From Alphaproteobacteria bacterium (lineage in GTDB: Bacteria > Pseudomonadota > Alphaproteobacteria > CAAHEQ01 > UBA3637): a DNA stretch of 60,980 bases. Location: assembly GCA_045635565.1 (NCBI GenBank), contig JAZTVX010000077.1, positions 1 through 60,980 of the forward strand, in the 5' to 3' direction. The position numbers and the translations under genes are program-made. Under the pieces are notes generated by a model. That model saw only the letters and a list, made by a program, of their open reading frames with translations. It made no database searches and was not told the origin of the DNA. The first letter of the stretch is position 1. Each line of letters begins with the position of its first letter. Of the stretch, positions 57,272-60,980 are shown one piece after another.

Positions 57272-58150
57272 ATGGAAATCAAAATTTATCCGTTTTTAAT
57301 TTCTACAGTATTAGATAGTCAGAATAGTCTATCTGTAGAAGACTTTGCAAATTATTTAACTAAAAATTCTAACAATAAATATACTATCTACGATAAAGAA
57401 CGAGTTATAGTATTACAAAACATCCCTGATACTAACTATATTGCCGGTGTTTTATTATCATTTAGAGACTATGATGCTCATTGTAAAGTTATCCCTGACG
57501 GTCAAGGTGGCTATTCTGCAAGAATCGAAACCATAAGAGATGGTGCTGAATATAATTTTTTTGTGCTTAATAAAAAATCCTTAAAAGGTCTTTGGTTAAC
57601 TTATTTTAACTCTGCTTCAATTAGTGTATTAGATAAAATCTTAAGAAATATATTTAATCAATATGCTGAGACCAATGAAATAGAAGTTAATAGAAGATTT
57701 AAACTAAAAAACAAAGTTAAAGTCAATATGATTTTATCCAGAGAAACTATTGCTGATGCCCTCTCTGCATTTAGTTCTATTTATTCTGTAGAATACACTG
57801 AGATAAATAAACAACAACATTTGTTTGTTCCAGATACAATTAATGTGAAAAAAACAAAATTATTACTAAAAAGAAATAATATTATAGATAATATTAAAAA
57901 TAGTGTTGAAGCCTTAGTTTGTAGTGGAGAAGCAGAAAATATATGTGTAGCAGGTAAGAATCACCAGGGAAAAATCGAACGTATTAACTTGGATGTTATT
58001 TTTAGACCTTGGGTAGTATATGACTACGATGAAATTACAAGAACCTTGCAAAACTTTAATACGAAAAACTTACTTCATCATGAAATTATTACCAATCTCA
58101 TGATGTGTATCAACAATAATATAAGATATAGGAGAATTATTGAAGGATGA
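57272..58150 (+). CDS. hypothetical soluble protein (292 aa), first gene of a two-gene cassette
   Basis: Clean ORF. No motif recognised. Confidence 0.6.
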   Translation: MEIKIYPFLISTVLDSQNSLSVEDFANYLTKNSNNKYTIYDKERVIVLQNIPDTNYIAGVLLSFRDYDAHCKVIPDGQGGYSARIETIRDGAEYNFFVLNKKSLKGLWLTYFNSASISVLDKILRNIFNQYAETNEIEVNRRFKLKNKVKVNMILSRETIADALSAFSSIYSVEYTEINKQQHLFVPDTINVKKTKLLLKRNNIIDNIKNSVEALVCSGEAENICVAGKNHQGKIERINLDVIFRPWVVYDYDEITRTLQNFNTKNLLHHEIITNLMMCINNNIRYRRIIEG

Positions 58151-58650
58151 TGAAAAAAATTTTTTTTATTATAGTATTTTTTTTGATTCCATTTCTTTTG
58201 TGTTTTTTCACAAATCCAATTTATCATTTTTTGACAGATACATTAAAAGTGGATTTTAAAAATTCTAGATGTTGGGATAGTTGGATATCTGATTATCTAA
58301 CTATAGGTAGTTTTATGTTTGCTGTGCAAAGTTTCCTTATTCCATTTTTAAAAAAATCTTTGTATGACTCAAAGGAGTATAAGGATTATATTAAGGACGA
58401 ATACCCAGAACATTACGATGATGAGCAGTATAGACCTTTATGTAATCTATCTAATTTTCTTTTTATATCTACATTATTATCGTTTATATCGGCATTGTTC
58501 ATGTTTGTATTTGTTTTTGTTAGAGCCCCCTTTATTATTAACTTAACTATCTATTGTGGAGTACTTTCTTTTGCAAGTCTTATAATATCGTTATTTTTAA
58601 TGCAACAAAATTTTACTATTATGTTTAAAAATAGAAAAAATATCTTGTAA
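58147..58650 (+). CDS. hypothetical 4-TM membrane protein (167 aa), second gene of the cassette
   Basis: ATGA overlap with the upstream gene. Four long hydrophobic segments. Confidence 0.6.
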   Translation: MMKKIFFIIVFFLIPFLLCFFTNPIYHFLTDTLKVDFKNSRCWDSWISDYLTIGSFMFAVQSFLIPFLKKSLYDSKEYKDYIKDEYPEHYDDEQYRPLCNLSNFLFISTLLSFISALFMFVFVFVRAPFIINLTIYCGVLSFASLIISLFLMQQNFTIMFKNRKNIL

Positions 58651-58679
58651 CAAAAAATAAATTTTAGATTACTATTTCC

Positions 58680-58946
58680 TTACACCACCACTTTATCAAA
58701 CTCGTCTAAATAATTGATAGTAATTTCAGGCCATTGTTTGTAATCTGGGCAAGAAAGCAGTTTATCAAATGGTTTATTTAGTTCATACTCCAATGTTTTG
58801 CCGTTTAATTTGCAATCTTTTAACAGTAATTTTAACAATGCACTTTTTTGAGAAGTCATCGCTATATCAAAAACATGTTTTAAATCACTTGCGATTGAAA
58901 CGATATTTATAATCTTATCCCGCTTATAAGAACATCTTTTTACATC
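58680..58946 (-). pseudogene. 3' remnant of a recombinase-like gene, copy 2
   Basis: Identical to copy 1 except T->M and the last ~13 residues (TINYLDEFDKVVV versus AVNNLNVFENLDV). Confidence 0.45.
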
Positions 58947-59450
58947 AAATTTGAGTCTGAATACATCTGCCTCTCTCTGGGATGATTTTTTGACATCCCG
59001 GCAAGGAAACATTGAAAATAAAGGATTTTTTGGATTTTGAGTCCGTGTAAGGCTGAAAAAAGAGCTTTTTGAAAAACACTGTACACGGACCAATATAAGT
59101 GATTGTAAAATAAAGACTGCGTAAATAAAAAGTTGCCAGTGGCAAGTTTTTATGCGTAAAGCAATGAAACACAATGAATTCAAGTGGCAACGCAGAATGA
59201 ATTAATGTTGGAATTGGTCGCCATTTTTGACAACTTACACGATTTGGCTGGGCTGGCTGGATTGCTCGGGATAAATCCCTCGTCCTCATTCCATTCGGAC
59301 CGTCCTTCGGACGTCTATTTCGCTATCGCTTCATGAACGAACCAACTCTTGTCATTCGTTGGCTCAAATCCTAACCAAACCAACCAATAAAAAAAACCTC
59401 CACAAGGGAGGTTCTTTTTATTGGCTGGAGAAGTCTGGTAATACACGGAC
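58924..59450. repeat. module copy R4 (most complete form)
   Basis: Flank with GTCCGTGTA...TACACGGAC inverted repeat, 100-bp insert (59117-59216), tRNA 3' relic GGCTGGGCTGGCTGGATT (59246-59263, 18/18), S segment, opposed tRNA-half relic (59351-59386), hairpin, and right end ...CACGGAC overlapping the stop of the 59450 gene. Confidence 0.85.
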
Positions 59451-60487
59451 TAATCTTCATTCTCCATAGATATTTTTTTCACATTTGTCATGCTTATTTC
59501 ATTTAGCAATGAAATAATGTTTAAAAGCTCCGCCATATTTTCATAAAATTTCAGAAATAATCGTTCATCCAGAAAAGAATATTCTATCTTCAAAAATTGA
59601 AAAAATTTTACATCAGTATGCATAGCAAGCAACACCTTATTTTCAAAAAAAGAAACATCAATTCTAGGAGTATTAAATTGTTTTTTTAATCTATTAAGGA
59701 ACATTAACAAACAAATCAAATTTTCTTTATCCTCTAAATTCGGTTGCGTTGAAAAAATTTTAAAATAATGGTTAAAATAATCATCCTCTAAACTCAGTTG
59801 ATAAAAATCACCTTCCAATATTTGGGGTACCTCAATATCACAAATGCTAGAATTCTGAAGCATATGATAAAACATATTTTGTTGATTTAAAATAACAGTA
59901 TGTTTTTCAAAACTTTTATTTAACTCACAGCAAATAAATATTCCTTTAAAAGGACATTGATAACTATATTGATATTTGCGTAAGCATTGTGGCGTCATAA
60001 AACACCATCTAGGCCCAATATTATTAATAATAACACTTTCTTGCACCAAACAATTCATCGCTTCATGTTTAAAACAAAAACCAAAAGGGGTTCTAACATG
60101 ATCAGCATATCGAAATAATCCGCTTTTTAATATTATATCCTTTGTAATAAATGAATTAGTTACCTCACCTTCTTTAAAAAAATTAAAAATAAGTGGGATA
60201 ATTTCAAAGTGAACCCTTTTAAGAAATAAATTGACTTTAAAGCGATAGATTACATAAGGAATAACGCCAAAAAAAACAGCGAAAAGCAAAAAAATACCAT
60301 TATCGTAAACAGCTAGAAGCTTAAAAGATAATAGTATTAATATGAACGTTAACAAAAAACAGATTTTTTTTATTTTCTTACCTAAAGAAATATACAGTTT
60401 TCTTTGAGTTTCCAAAGGCTCAAAAATGGAAAATTTTGATTTTATAAAAGACAAAAAACGCTCGTTTTTTTCAAAATTATTTTGCAT
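59450..60487 (-). CDS. hypothetical membrane protein (2 TM near N-terminus; DUF3137-like?)
   Basis: 345-aa ORF. The family guess is weak. Confidence 0.5.
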   Translation of the reverse strand: MQNNFEKNERFLSFIKSKFSIFEPLETQRKLYISLGKKIKKICFLLTFILILLSFKLLAVYDNGIFLLFAVFFGVIPYVIYRFKVNLFLKRVHFEIIPLIFNFFKEGEVTNSFITKDIILKSGLFRYADHVRTPFGFCFKHEAMNCLVQESVIINNIGPRWCFMTPQCLRKYQYSYQCPFKGIFICCELNKSFEKHTVILNQQNMFYHMLQNSSICDIEVPQILEGDFYQLSLEDDYFNHYFKIFSTQPNLEDKENLICLLMFLNRLKKQFNTPRIDVSFFENKVLLAMHTDVKFFQFLKIEYSFLDERLFLKFYENMAELLNIISLLNEISMTNVKKISMENED

Positions 60488-60647
60488 TAAATATTATCCC
60501 CAAATTTCATATTTTTATACATACAATTATAATGCTTTGAAAAAATAAAATCAAATAAAATTGTAGTTTTTTCAAAAAGATGTATTTCATAACATCAATA
60601 TCACCCAATTAAAAGTTTGAAGTATTTCTTTTTGTGTTTGTCAAAAT

Positions 60648-60674
60648 AACCTTGACTTTATAAAAATCGAGGTT
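60648..60674. repeat. 27-bp palindrome, degenerate copy 3
   Basis: AACCTTGACTTTATAAAAATCGAGGTT, in the same orientation as copy 2. It sits at the inner edge of the native tRNA flank. Confidence 0.55.
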
Positions 60675-60701
60675 GGGGACATAAAAAATAATGCACCACA
60701 C

Positions 60702-60909
60702 CACATCAAATTTAAGTCTGAAACCACACTACTATCACCGAGACAAAAATTTGGCATCACAAGACAGGAGTATTGTAAAATAAGGCTTTTTTGGATTTTG
60801 AGTCCGTGTAGGGCTGAAAAAAGAGCTTTTTGAAAAACTCTGTACACGGACCAATATAAGTGCTTGTAAAATAAAGAAAAAGTCGCTATTTCTAGCGACT
60901 TATCTGTTT
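60702..60909. repeat. module copy R5 = native downstream flank of tRNA-Gln, including its terminator
   Basis: Lacks the 100-bp insert. GTCGCTAGAAATAGCGAC + TTTTTC on the minus strand is the tRNA terminator (60882-60899). Confidence 0.8.
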
Positions 60910-60980
60910 TGGCTGGGCTGGCTGGATTCGAACCAACGAATGACGGTATCAAAAACCGTTGCCTTACCACTTGGCGACAG
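60910..60980 (-). tRNA. tRNA-Gln (anticodon UUG), 5' end (about 4 nt) beyond the window
   Basis: Minus strand: ...CTGTCGCCAAGTGGTAAGGCAACGGTTTTTGATACCGTCATTCGTTGGTTCGAATCCAGCCAGCCCAGCCA. Anticodon loop TTTTGAT, T-loop TTCGAAT, encoded CCA. It closely parallels E. coli tRNA-Gln. Confidence 0.9.

Noticed and set aside
58947-59289. N-terminal ~90 codons of ORF 58680-59183, and ORF 58945-59289
   Set aside because: The open frame runs through the tRNA-flank repeat (MNSLCFIALRIKTCHWQLF...). The sequence is not protein-like, and only the last ~85 codons look like genuine former coding sequence.
52021-60909. CRISPR array or integron attC array as an explanation of the reiterated modules
   Set aside because: The repeats are 200-530 bp, of unequal length and internally complex. 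Spacers are whole genes. There are no cas or intI genes and no short regular repeat-spacer periodicity.
60641-60970. 109-aa minus-strand ORF
   Set aside because: It starts inside the tRNA-Gln gene and reads through its terminator and flank, so it is an artefact.

Overview
This 60,980-bp window looks like a low-GC alphaproteobacterial chromosome. Supporting signs are a circularly permuted two-piece tmRNA with tag ANDNFAPVAMAA, an Hsp20+DUF1150 pair, a TlyC-like protein and paired M16 peptidases. A secreted ankyrin-repeat protein hints at a host-associated lifestyle. Lineage is inference. No similarity search was run, and all family calls come from motifs read in the supplied translations.

Positions 1-38.6 kb are mostly tightly packed housekeeping genes: rlmH, cdd, cvpA, radA, mlaFE, ssrA, an MscK-like channel, a Dsb pair, uvrB, infA, M16/S41/M23 peptidases, lpxC, cspA, hsp20, dnaA, tlyC and an RND efflux operon. 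This part has two small accessory spots: a pilin-like gene with a candidate invertible promoter at 1-530, and an orphan toxin/immunity-like module at 31.0-32.7 kb.

From about 38.7 kb to the tRNA-Gln(UUG) at the right edge the DNA is more AT-rich by eye and the content is accessory. It has three parts:
- nucleotide/cofactor salvage genes, including a 6-7 gene NMNAT / CofE-like / PnuC / deoxyribosyltransferase-like operon behind a structured leader;
- a serine-invertase + surface-lipoprotein + Slam (DUF560) cassette bounded by inverted 27-bp palindromes;
- at 52.0-60.9 kb, five reiterations of a module derived from the tRNA-Gln 3' end and its flank. These split the region into 1-2 gene cassettes (ankyrin protein, DUF433/PIN-like TA pair, an unknown soluble+4-TM gene pair, two orphan genes) with two near-identical recombinase 3' remnants.

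The best candidates for undescribed biology are the tRNA-Gln cassette array and its unknown two-gene cassette (57272-58650), the leader-controlled NAD/nucleoside operon, the in-frame RND::OMF fusion with an internal lipobox, and the inverton next to the pilin-like gene. No rRNA, CRISPR array or IS transposase was seen.
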